Assembly: GCA_036375075.1 (NCBI GenBank)
Contig: DASUSN010000158.1
Span: 70,791-134,790 of the forward strand
Source of the DNA: Thermoanaerobaculia bacterium
GTDB lineage: Bacteria > Acidobacteriota > Thermoanaerobaculia > Gp7-AA8
Length of the DNA: 64,000 nucleotides
Direction: 5' to 3'
The position numbers and the translations under genes are program-made. The first letter of the stretch is position 1. Every line of letters starts with the position of its first letter. Shown here piece by piece: positions 35,957-43,504 of this stretch. Under the pieces are notes generated by a model that was given only the letters and a program-made list of their open reading frames with translations, was not told the origin of the DNA and did not search any database.

Positions 35957-36664
35957 GTGGACATCCCCGCCACTGATCCCCGCGCCGCCGCCCTCGTCGC
36001 TGCCATCCACGCCGGCGACGTCGACCGACTGCAGGCTCTCCTCGCGGAGGATCCCGCCCTGCCCACCGCCCGCATCGTCGATGACCGCGGAGCGAAGCGG
36101 ACGCTCCTCCACATCGTCGCCGACTGGCCCGGCCACTTTCCCAACGGACCCCGCACCACCGCCCTCCTGATCGAGCGCGGAGCGGACGTGAACGCGCCAT
36201 TCGGCCACCCCGGTCCCAACCCCGCCCCGGAAACGCCCCTGCACTGGGCCGCGAGCAGCGACGACGTCCCGGTTCTCGACGCCCTCCTCGACGGAGGTGC
36301 CGACATCGAAGCCCCGGGCGCCGTGTTCACCGGTGGCGCGCCGATGTCCGACGCCGTGGTGTTCGCCCAGTGGAACGCCGCCCGGCGGCTCCTCGCCCGA
36401 GGCGCCGGGACCACGATCTGGCAGGCGGCGGCCCTGGGCCTGCTCGACCGCGTCCGGGACCACCTCGCCGCCGCCCCCGCCCCCACGCCGCACGACGTGA
36501 CGAACGCGTTATGGCACGCCTGCCGCGGCGGCCAGCGCGAGGTGGCCGAGTTGCTCGTGAGCCACGGCGCGGACGTGAACTGGATCGGCCACGACCGGAA
36601 AACACCCTTGCAGGTCGCCCGCGAAAGCGGCGCCGAGGACCTGGTGTCCTGGCTGCGCAACTAG
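35957..36664 (+). CDS. ankyrin repeat protein
   Basis: Repeats of the TPLHWAA...V..LL..GADI/VN type (ALLIERGADVNAP, TPLHWAASSDDVPVLDALLDGGADIEAP, ELLVSHGADVNW...KTPLQVA). GTG start 10 nt after livF. Confidence 0.75.
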   Translation: MDIPATDPRAAALVAAIHAGDVDRLQALLAEDPALPTARIVDDRGAKRTLLHIVADWPGHFPNGPRTTALLIERGADVNAPFGHPGPNPAPETPLHWAASSDDVPVLDALLDGGADIEAPGAVFTGGAPMSDAVVFAQWNAARRLLARGAGTTIWQAAALGLLDRVRDHLAAAPAPTPHDVTNALWHACRGGQREVAELLVSHGADVNWIGHDRKTPLQVARESGAEDLVSWLRN

Positions 36665-36722
36665 GGCGCGACCGGCTGAGCTTTCGCTCTGCCTCCGCAC
36701 TCCACATACGGCACTCTCCCTC

Positions 36723-37085
36723 ATGCGCAACCTGGATCCCAGAAAGGAACTGCTGACCATCTTCGGCATCCTCGTCGCGGCCGGTGCGGTGGCGGTGGCG
36801 TTCTTTCTCTTCCTCATGAAAGGGCGGACGGCTGCGGGTGGGATGCTCGTTCTCGGCGCCGCCGCCGCGCTGCTGCTGGCCGGAGGCATCGGGCTGATGC
36901 TGCGACGCCGCTGGGCGGGGCTGCTCGTCGCGGCGATCTCCCTTGCCGCCGCCGCCGCGTATCTCGCGATGCTGTGGCCCTGCCGCGATTGTTCCCCGCG
37001 CGTTCTGTTCGCCAACGTCGCCGTCGCGGCGCTGTTCGCCGTGCCCGGAGTCCTGATCCTCCGGTGGCGGCGGCTCCTCCGCTGA
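36723..37085 (+). CDS. small hypothetical membrane protein (about 4 TM)
   Basis: Hydrophobic segments ELLTIFGILVAAGAVAVAFFLFL, MLVLGAAAALLLAGGIGLML, GLLVAAISLAAAAAYLAML, ANVAVAALFAVPGVLIL. No family recognised. Confidence 0.5.
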   Translation: MRNLDPRKELLTIFGILVAAGAVAVAFFLFLMKGRTAAGGMLVLGAAAALLLAGGIGLMLRRRWAGLLVAAISLAAAAAYLAMLWPCRDCSPRVLFANVAVAALFAVPGVLILRWRRLLR

Positions 37086-37112
37086 TTCCCTCTCGCCCGA
37101 AGGCGTAGTATT

Positions 37113-37222
37113 CGGTTCCTCGGGTTCCTCGGGTTCCTCGGAGTTCCTCGGAGTTCCTCGGCCATGCCCCCCAAGGAGCTCCGAGGAACCGAGGAACTCC
37201 GAGGAGCTCCGAGGAACTCCGG
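37113..37222. repeat. word-repeat palindrome, family D (gttcctcgg words), copy 1
   Basis: cggttcctcgggttcctcgggttcctcggagttcctcggagttcctcgg - ccatgccccccaagg - agctccgaggaaccgaggaactccgaggagctccgaggaactccgg. Confidence 0.9.
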
Positions 37223-37234
37223 CAGGAGGCCGCC

Positions 37235-38290
37235 GTGCCCAACGAGAACGCAATCGTCACCACCGTCCGCCGCATCGAGGGCGATTTCACGGTCGAGCTC
37301 GAAGACGGTCTTCGCGTGCGGCTCGATCCGGAGAACCGCTTCTCCGAGGGGTACTTTCAGGTACTGCACGGGATGCTCGAGCAGGGGCTGCCGGTGTACC
37401 TGGAGCTCGATCCGACGAGGGAGTTGATCACCCGGTTGCGCATCCCGTACATCACCCGGGTCGTCGGCCTGAGGGACGGGGAGGACGGGCTGGACGTCGA
37501 GCTCGAGTTCTCCCACGCCCGGCACGTGCTCCGCCGCGGCGTCCCCGGCTACGACGAGATGGAGCAGGAGCTGCGCGACTCGCTCGCCACGGGCGAGGTC
37601 GTGGCCGTGTCCGAGACCGACGACCACGAGATCATCGACGTTCGCCCGTATACGCCGCTCTCTGACGTGTCTTCCCCCCTCGCACCTCGGAGGCAGCTTC
37701 AACGACGGCCGTGGCAACGGCTGATCGACTGGTGGCGCTCGAAAGGGCAGCCCTGCGTTTCGCCCGCCCGCGCCCAGAAGCTCTTCGACGCCGTGGCGCT
37801 CCAGTCCTGCAACCCCAGTGCGATCCGGCCGCCCTGCATTCCCTTCCGGTATCCGGACGACGGCTGCTGGGCTCGCGCTCACGCGATGTGCAGAACGATG
37901 ATCGACATGGGCGCGTTGCCGGGGAAAGTGTGGATCCAGGCCGTCCAGCCGGGACGGCTGCGCGTCGTTACCCCCAACAACCCGAAGTGCTACGTCGAAT
38001 GGCCGTGGCACGTTGCCCCGACGATCTGCGTCAAGATCGGGCGCGTTCGCCGGGAGATGGTGATCGACCCCTCGATCTTCACCACGCTCGCGACCGTCGA
38101 TGAGTGGGTGGCCGCCCAGAACCACCCGAGAACGACCCTCACGCCGAGCGATTGGAGGATTTACTACCTGTGGGGCGGGTACGTCGATCCGTTGTACATC
38201 CTGACGGCCCGGGATCTGACGATCTATCGCCTGCAGCTCCAGTTGCGCACGCTGACGGTCGGGCCGCCGCCGTATCCCTACTGTCCGTGA
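37235..38290 (+). CDS. protein-glutamine glutaminase (protein-glutaminase/papain-like) homologue with unknown N-terminal domain, no signal peptide
   Basis: C-terminal half resembles my recollection of Chryseobacterium protein-glutaminase: CIPFRYPDDGCWARAHAMC (catalytic Cys), CYVEWPWHVAP (His), MVIDPSIFT (Asp). AGGAGG 5 nt upstream of GTG 37235. Confidence 0.65.
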   Translation: MPNENAIVTTVRRIEGDFTVELEDGLRVRLDPENRFSEGYFQVLHGMLEQGLPVYLELDPTRELITRLRIPYITRVVGLRDGEDGLDVELEFSHARHVLRRGVPGYDEMEQELRDSLATGEVVAVSETDDHEIIDVRPYTPLSDVSSPLAPRRQLQRRPWQRLIDWWRSKGQPCVSPARAQKLFDAVALQSCNPSAIRPPCIPFRYPDDGCWARAHAMCRTMIDMGALPGKVWIQAVQPGRLRVVTPNNPKCYVEWPWHVAPTICVKIGRVRREMVIDPSIFTTLATVDEWVAAQNHPRTTLTPSDWRIYYLWGGYVDPLYILTARDLTIYRLQLQLRTLTVGPPPYPYCP

Positions 38291-38294
38291 CCAC

Positions 38295-38300
38295 TAGAAT
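38295..38300 (+). promoter_or_regulatory. candidate -10 box (TAGAAT) placed for a leaderless transcript of the 38307 gene
   Basis: TAGAAT followed by 6 nt (gcgcgg) and GTG 38307; no SD. Confidence 0.25.
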
Positions 38301-38306
38301 GCGCGG

Positions 38307-38678
38307 GTGAATACGAAACTCCTGCTGAGCGCGAGCGCGCTGGTCCTCGGCGCGGCCGGCATCGCCGCCTCGTTCCTCCCTCACGAGCTCCTGCGTGTTC
38401 TCGGCGTCGCGGCCACGGAACCGCTCCCTCTGCTGGTGCAGCTCCTCGGCGCGCTCTGGTTCGCCTTCGCGATGGTGAACTGGACGTCGCGCGGGAGCCT
38501 GATCGGCGGGATCTACAACCGCCCGGTCGCGATCGGGAACCTGACCCACTTCGTCATCGGCGCGCTCGCGCTGGTGAAACATGCGACGTCGGCCGGCGCC
38601 GTCGTGTGGGGGATCGCCGCCGTCTACGCGATCTTCGCCATCGCCTTCGCGGCCGTGTTCTTCCGGAGCCCGGTCTAG
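38307..38678 (+). CDS. hypothetical membrane protein (4 TM)
   Basis: LLLSASALVLGAAGIAASFL, LPLLVQLLGALWFAFAMVNW, VAIGNLTHFVIGALALV, VVWGIAAVYAIFAIAFAAVFF. No family recognised. Confidence 0.55.
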   Translation: MNTKLLLSASALVLGAAGIAASFLPHELLRVLGVAATEPLPLLVQLLGALWFAFAMVNWTSRGSLIGGIYNRPVAIGNLTHFVIGALALVKHATSAGAVVWGIAAVYAIFAIAFAAVFFRSPV

Positions 38679-38685
38679 ATCGAGC

Positions 38686-39069
38686 CTAAGATCTGGACTT
38701 CTTGGAGAACACCGTCACGCCAGGGATGCCTTCAAAGCCAGAGTCGGTCGTCGCCAGGTGTGCGTCATTGACTCGCGCGACAGCCAAGATCATCGAGTCC
38801 GCCATCGCCAAGCCGTGCTCGAGACTCAGGTCGGCCGCCGTGAGGGCGATCTCCTCCGTCAGGTCTGCAATGGTCGTCTTCTTCATCGTCGCGATGGCCG
38901 TGAGCGCTTCGTCTTCAGATCGTTGGCGCTTGATCCATTTGTAAACCTCGTAAATCGCGACGGTTGGGGTGATGACAGCGCCCGGCTGACGCAGTCTGGC
39001 AGCGAATTCCTCGGCGTGCGGCCCATCGGCGAAGAACTCGATCCAACCGGACGAGTCGATGACGATCAA
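38686..39069 (-). CDS. vapC: type II toxin VapC (PIN-domain ribonuclease)
   Basis: MIVIDSSGWIEFF... with conserved acidic positions (D5, E..., D near MADSMILAVA, D in ATTDSGF). 4-nt overlap with the upstream antitoxin gene. Confidence 0.85.
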   Translation of the reverse strand: MIVIDSSGWIEFFADGPHAEEFAARLRQPGAVITPTVAIYEVYKWIKRQRSEDEALTAIATMKKTTIADLTEEIALTAADLSLEHGLAMADSMILAVARVNDAHLATTDSGFEGIPGVTVFSKKSRS

Positions 39070-39284
39070 TAGCGATCCTTCTTCTCACGAAAGCCGGTCG
39101 TACGCATGCCCCGCACGAAACCGCGCATGGCCGAAATCGGTTTGTCGGGGACGAGTGTAACGATTCCACCTTTCGTGATGACGGTAAACTCTTGCCCCAC
39201 ACGAATCTTCGCGCGTTCTCTGACATCTTTCGGGATGACTACCTGATATTTGGAGGAAACTTTCGTGCGTGCCATGGTCCCCAT
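39066..39284 (-). CDS. vapB: type II antitoxin VapB, AbrB/MazE/SpoVT family
   Basis: KVSSKYQVVIPKDVRERAKIRVGQEFTV is a swapped-hairpin AbrB-type DNA-binding motif. The true start may be the third Met (MARTKV...). Confidence 0.8.
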   Translation of the reverse strand: MGTMARTKVSSKYQVVIPKDVRERAKIRVGQEFTVITKGGIVTLVPDKPISAMRGFVRGMRTTGFREKKDRY

Positions 39285-39290
39285 CTTTCT

Positions 39291-39304
39291 CGCGATCGAT
39301 CGCG
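39291..39304. promoter_or_regulatory. candidate vapBC operator (perfect 14-bp palindrome)
   Basis: cgcgatcgatcgcg lies 7 nt upstream of the vapB start region and downstream of a TACCTT -10-like hexamer on the minus strand. Confidence 0.35.
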
Positions 39305-39422
39305 CATAAGGTAAAACGCTGATCCCCCGGCGTCAATGCGGCCCAAAGCGCTCCTCGAGGGGCCTCCTAACCTTTGCCTCCGGCGGGCGTATGTAGTCGC
39401 AAAGGGAAAGGAAACCACCGAC

Positions 39423-40277
39423 ATGCGACGTCTCGCCATTGCATTGACGCTCACGCTCGCGGCCACCGCCGCGTTCGCTCACGACGACAAGAACCACCGC
39501 AGCTCCGCCGAGGAGTGCTCGGAGCGGAACATCCAGTTCGGGGACGATCGGACCTACGTGAAGAAAGAGGTCATCAACGCCGGCAGCCTGCGCTCGATCA
39601 AGGCCGCGGTCACGAACGCGCCGATCAGCTTCGAGGGCGGCAATGCCGCCGGCTACACGATCACGGTCTGCAAGGCCGCGACGGTGGAGGCGGACCTCGA
39701 CCGGATCCAGGTCTCGCTGAACGGCAACGAGCTGCGCGCCGACGGGCCGGAAGACCGCGGCAAGCGCCGCTGGACGGTGATGTACCACATCCGCACGCCG
39801 CGCGGCGCCGACATCGACGTGCAGGCCGAGAACGGCCCGGTGGCCTTCGTGGACGTCGACGGCAAGGTCGTCGCGCGCGCCGAGAACGGCCCGCTGGCGC
39901 TCCGCAACGTCGATGGCAACGTGGACGCGCAGACGACCAACGGTCCGATCAGCATCCACGGCGGCTCGGGCACGATGAAGGTCAAGGCCTCGAACGGCCC
40001 GCTCTCGGTGAAGCTCGACGGCTCGTCGTGGAACGGCACGCTCGACGCGTCGACCAAGAACGGCCCGCTGACCGTGAAGGTCCCCCGCAACTTCGGCTCG
40101 GGCGTCCACATCGAAGCGCGCGGCCACGGCCCGATCTCGTGCAGGGCCGAGCAGTGCGACCGCGGCGGCTGGCGCTCGAACGACGACGGCGAGCCGCGCG
40201 TGATCGAGCTGGGCACCGGCCCGGCCACCGTCCGGCTGTCGACGGTGAACGGCCCGGTGACGGTCAAGGACGAGTAG
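39423..40277 (+). CDS. DUF4097-family beta-strand repeat protein (putative adhesin), exported
   Basis: Signal peptide MRRLAIALTLTLAATAAFA. Repeated xENGPxxxxxVDGxV / TNGPISI / SNGPLSV / KNGPLTV / VNGPVTV units typical of DUF4097. ATG 39423. Confidence 0.7.
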   Translation: MRRLAIALTLTLAATAAFAHDDKNHRSSAEECSERNIQFGDDRTYVKKEVINAGSLRSIKAAVTNAPISFEGGNAAGYTITVCKAATVEADLDRIQVSLNGNELRADGPEDRGKRRWTVMYHIRTPRGADIDVQAENGPVAFVDVDGKVVARAENGPLALRNVDGNVDAQTTNGPISIHGGSGTMKVKASNGPLSVKLDGSSWNGTLDASTKNGPLTVKVPRNFGSGVHIEARGHGPISCRAEQCDRGGWRSNDDGEPRVIELGTGPATVRLSTVNGPVTVKDE

Positions 40278-40401
40278 TCCTGAGCGAAGCGTAAATCCTG
40301 AGCGAAGCGAAGGATCAACCCGGTGCCCTCTCGAAGACCGCCCCTGTGGCACGGTTGCCGAGGGGGCACCGTTGATCCTTCGCCGCTTCGCGACTCAGGA
40401 T
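40278..40401. repeat. word-repeat palindrome, family G (cctgagcgaagcg words)
   Basis: tcctgagcgaagcgtaaatcctgagcgaagcgaaggatcaacc ... ggttgatccttcgccgcttcgcgactcaggat, with an inner hairpin ggtgccctc...gagggggcacc. Starts at the base after the stop codon. Confidence 0.9.
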
Positions 40402-40417
40402 AAACTGCCAGGGCCGG

Positions 40418-41743
40418 ATGACGGTCCCCGAAAAAGCAATCGCTCGCGGACATCTTCTCGCCGTCCTGGGGGTCGGGTTCGGGCTCGCCGTCACCATCGG
40501 CAACACCATCGGCGCGGGCATCCTCCGCACCCCGGGCGTCATCGCCGCCGAGATCTCCAGCTTCTGGCCGTACATGGCCATCTGGATCATCGGCGCCCTC
40601 TACGCCCTCCTCGGCGCCAACGCTCTCTCCGAGCTGGCCACGCTGGTTCCCCGCTCCGGCGGGCAGTACGTCTTCGTCCGCCACGGCCTGGGCGATTACG
40701 CCGGCTTTGTGGTCGGCTGGAGCGACTGGATCTCGACCTGCGGCACGACCGCGGCCGTGGCCATCGTCGTCGGCGAATACACCGTGAGCCTCATCCCCGC
40801 GGCCCGGACGCAGCAGGTCGTGGCCCTGGCCGTGGTCGCGCTCTTCACCATCGTCCAGTGGCTGGGCATCCGCAGCGGCAGCGCGCTCCAGAACGTGACC
40901 AGCCTCGCCAAGGCGCTGGCGCTGCTCGTGTTCGTGGCCGCGTGCTTCTGGTTCGGCACGCGCTCGCCGGCGGCGCCGACGGCCATGACCTTGGCGGCCG
41001 AGGGGGGGATGCTGCTGGCGTTCATCATCGCCCTGCAGGCCGTGATCTACACCTACGACGGCTGGTCCGCGGTCATCTACTTCTCCGAGGAAGTGAAGGA
41101 CCACGGGAAGAACATCCCGCGGGCCATGCTGAGCGGCGTGGTCTCGATCGCGGTCATCTACCTGCTGATCAACGTCGCCTTCATGGCCGTGGTGGCCCTG
41201 CCGACCATTGCCGGCAGCAACTTCGCGGCCGGGGTGGTCGTCGACCGGATCTTCGGCAGCGCGGGCCAGAACCTCCTGCGCGCGCTGGTCGTGCTGATCC
41301 TGCTCAGCGCCGTGAGCTCGAACGTGCTCATGGCGCCGCGCGTGATCTACGCCATGGCCAAGGACGGCCTGTTCTGGCGCGGCGCGCGGGAAGTGAACCG
41401 CGGCGGGACGCCGGACGTGGCGCTGATGATCAGCAGCATGCTCGCCGCGGCGTTCATCGTCACGAACACGTTCGAGACCGTGATCGCCAAGCTGGCGTTC
41501 TTCTTCGTCGCCAACTACGCGCTGTCGTTCACGGCGCTGTTCGTCCTGCGCCGGCGCGAGCCGGGCGCGCCGCGGCCGTACCGCGCCTGGGGCCATCCGT
41601 TCACCACCGCCCTGGCCCTGCTGGCCTCCCTCGCGTTTCTCGGCGGCGCCGTCGCCGGCGACACGAAGAGCAGCCTGTGGGCGATCGGCTTGCTCGCGGC
41701 GAGCGTTCCGGTGTATCTGGTCGTGAAGAGAAGATTCCGGTGA
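40418..41743 (+). CDS. APC-family amino acid permease
   Basis: 12-TM pattern. N-terminal GLAVTIGNTIGAGILRTPG is typical of amino-acid/polyamine/organocation permeases. Confidence 0.8.
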   Translation: MTVPEKAIARGHLLAVLGVGFGLAVTIGNTIGAGILRTPGVIAAEISSFWPYMAIWIIGALYALLGANALSELATLVPRSGGQYVFVRHGLGDYAGFVVGWSDWISTCGTTAAVAIVVGEYTVSLIPAARTQQVVALAVVALFTIVQWLGIRSGSALQNVTSLAKALALLVFVAACFWFGTRSPAAPTAMTLAAEGGMLLAFIIALQAVIYTYDGWSAVIYFSEEVKDHGKNIPRAMLSGVVSIAVIYLLINVAFMAVVALPTIAGSNFAAGVVVDRIFGSAGQNLLRALVVLILLSAVSSNVLMAPRVIYAMAKDGLFWRGAREVNRGGTPDVALMISSMLAAAFIVTNTFETVIAKLAFFFVANYALSFTALFVLRRREPGAPRPYRAWGHPFTTALALLASLAFLGGAVAGDTKSSLWAIGLLAASVPVYLVVKRRFR

Positions 41744-42783
41744 TCGATCCCCGACTCGAGTACGCATCCACCCTGCCGTCGCGCTTCTACTTCGACGCGG
41801 ACGTCCTCGCGCAGGAGAACCGCAACGTGTTCGGCCGCACCTGGCAGCTCGCCGGGAACGCGGCGCAGGTCCGCGAGGCCGGGCAGTACTTCACCACCAC
41901 CATCGGCGACGAGCCGGTGCTGGTCGTGCGCGGGAGCGACGGCGTGCTGCGCGCGATGTCCAACGTCTGCCGCCACCGCGCCGGGCCCATCGCCCGCGGG
42001 GAGGGGAAGCGTCCCGTCCTGCAGTGCGGCTATCACGGCTGGACGTATTCGCTCGACGGACGGCTGAAGGTCACGCCGGAGTTCGACGGCGTCGCGGACT
42101 TCGATCGCGCGTCGTGCGTGCTGCCGCAGTTCCAGGTCGACGTGTGGAACGAGCTGGTGTTCGTGAACCTCGACCCGGCCGGCGAATCGCTCCCGGACTT
42201 TCTCGGCGAGTTGCTGCAAGACATGCCGCCGCACGACTACAGCGGCTTCCGGCTCGCGCACCGCAAGACCTGGGAGCTCGACTGCAACTGGAAGGTCTAC
42301 GTCGACAACTACCTCGAGGGGTACCACATCCCCATCGTGCACCCGGGGCTGTTCCGCGAGCTCGATTACCCCAACTACCGCACTGAGACCAAGCGGATGT
42401 ACTCGATCCAGTTCGCGCCGACGCGGCGCCCGGAGCGCATCCGCACCAGCGAAGGCGACGACCAGGTGCGCTACTTCTGGATCTTCCCGAACCTGATGCT
42501 CAACGTCTACCCCGACAACTTCTCCACGAACCTCATCCTGCCGATCGGCCCGAACCGCACGGCCACGCTGTTCGACTGGTACTTCAAGGACCCGGACGCG
42601 GTGCGCCCGCAGATCGACGAGACCGTGGCGTTCTCCGACGAGATCCAGATCGAGGACATCGACATCTGCGAGGCCGTGCAGCGGGGGCTGCGCTCGTCGA
42701 CGTACGACGCGGGACGGTTCTCCCCGCAGCGGGAGAACGGCGTGCACCACTTTCACCGGCTGTATCAGGAGCACATGACGTAG
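41740..42783 (+). CDS. Rieske [2Fe-2S] aromatic-ring-hydroxylating oxygenase alpha-subunit-like protein
   Basis: CRHRAGP...CGYHGW Rieske motif and NYLEGYHIPIVHPG mononuclear-iron motif. GTG 41740 overlaps the permease stop (GTGA). The 803-aa track ORF is an artefact. Confidence 0.8.
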   Translation: MIDPRLEYASTLPSRFYFDADVLAQENRNVFGRTWQLAGNAAQVREAGQYFTTTIGDEPVLVVRGSDGVLRAMSNVCRHRAGPIARGEGKRPVLQCGYHGWTYSLDGRLKVTPEFDGVADFDRASCVLPQFQVDVWNELVFVNLDPAGESLPDFLGELLQDMPPHDYSGFRLAHRKTWELDCNWKVYVDNYLEGYHIPIVHPGLFRELDYPNYRTETKRMYSIQFAPTRRPERIRTSEGDDQVRYFWIFPNLMLNVYPDNFSTNLILPIGPNRTATLFDWYFKDPDAVRPQIDETVAFSDEIQIEDIDICEAVQRGLRSSTYDAGRFSPQRENGVHHFHRLYQEHMT

Positions 42784-42870
42784 TTCCTCGGAGTGCCTCG
42801 GTTCCTCGGAGTTCCTCGGGGGGGGGCTATCCCGAGGAACCGGGGAGCTCCGAGGAGTTCCGAGGAGCTC
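42784..42870. repeat. word-repeat palindrome, family D, copy 2
   Basis: gttcctcggagtgcctcggttcctcggagttcctcgg - gggggggctatc - ccgaggaaccggggagctccgaggagttccgaggagctcc. The right arm supplies the last codons of tag. Confidence 0.9.
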
Positions 42871-43381
42871 CTGCCTTGATGCGCTTGTAGACCGGGCACC
42901 ACGGCTCGTGCGCGCCGGGCAGGTAGCCGGTCGACAGCAGGAACGAGCCCGTGATCTCGCCGCCGGTGAAGACGAACGTCTTCTTGAACAACTTCACCCA
43001 CTCGCCCTTCTCCCGCGGGTGATGCGCGTCCAGCCACGCGGCGAACGAGCCGTGGGTCTTGCGGAGGGCGAGGATGCGCTTCGCGTTCTCGACCGCGGCG
43101 TCGACCTTCAGGCGGTTGCGGATGATCCCGGCGTTCTGCAGCAGCTTCTCGCGCTTGCGCGCGTCATAGCGTGCGACGCGCTCCAGCCGGAAATCGTCGA
43201 ACGCCTCGCGGAAGGCGTCGCGTTTCTTGAGGATCGTCAGCCAGGAGAGCCCGGCCTGATTGATCTCCAGCACCAGCCGCTCGAACAGCCGGTCGTCGTC
43301 GCGCACGGGAAACCCGTACTCGGTGTCGTGATAGGGCCCATGAAAGGGATGCCCCGGCGCAATGTCGCAATACGTCGTCAT
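42827..43381 (-). CDS. tag: DNA-3-methyladenine glycosylase I
   Basis: YHDTEYGFP, LEINQAGLSWLTILKKR, TGGEI and a C-terminal zinc-site Cys/His pattern. The final residues ...GAPRNSSELPGSSG are encoded by the family D palindrome. Confidence 0.9.
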   Translation of the reverse strand: MTTYCDIAPGHPFHGPYHDTEYGFPVRDDDRLFERLVLEINQAGLSWLTILKKRDAFREAFDDFRLERVARYDARKREKLLQNAGIIRNRLKVDAAVENAKRILALRKTHGSFAAWLDAHHPREKGEWVKLFKKTFVFTGGEITGSFLLSTGYLPGAHEPWCPVYKRIKAGAPRNSSELPGSSG

Positions 43382-43390
43382 TCTCTCGAC

Positions 43391-43494
43391 GAAGCCTCTG
43401 TGCTCTCTGTGGTCTCTGTGGTGAACGGTTCCGCGTGCCTCGCACGAAGAGAGGACCGCTTTACCACAGAGATCACAGAGACCACAGAGGCTTC
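43391..43494. repeat. word-repeat palindrome, family C, copy 2 (diverged)
   Basis: gaagcctctgtgctctctgtggtctctgtggtgaa ... ttaccacagagatcacagagaccacagaggcttc. Lies between the tag start and the MFS stop. Confidence 0.9.
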
Positions 43495-43504
43495 TCGGCG
43501 CAAA

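Noticed and set aside
40372-42783. 803-aa track ORF spanning the permease and oxygenase region
   Set aside because: Its N-terminal 456 aa are an out-of-frame shadow of the APC permease. Only the part from GVG-free GTG 41740 onward (VIDPRLEYAS...) carries Rieske motifs.
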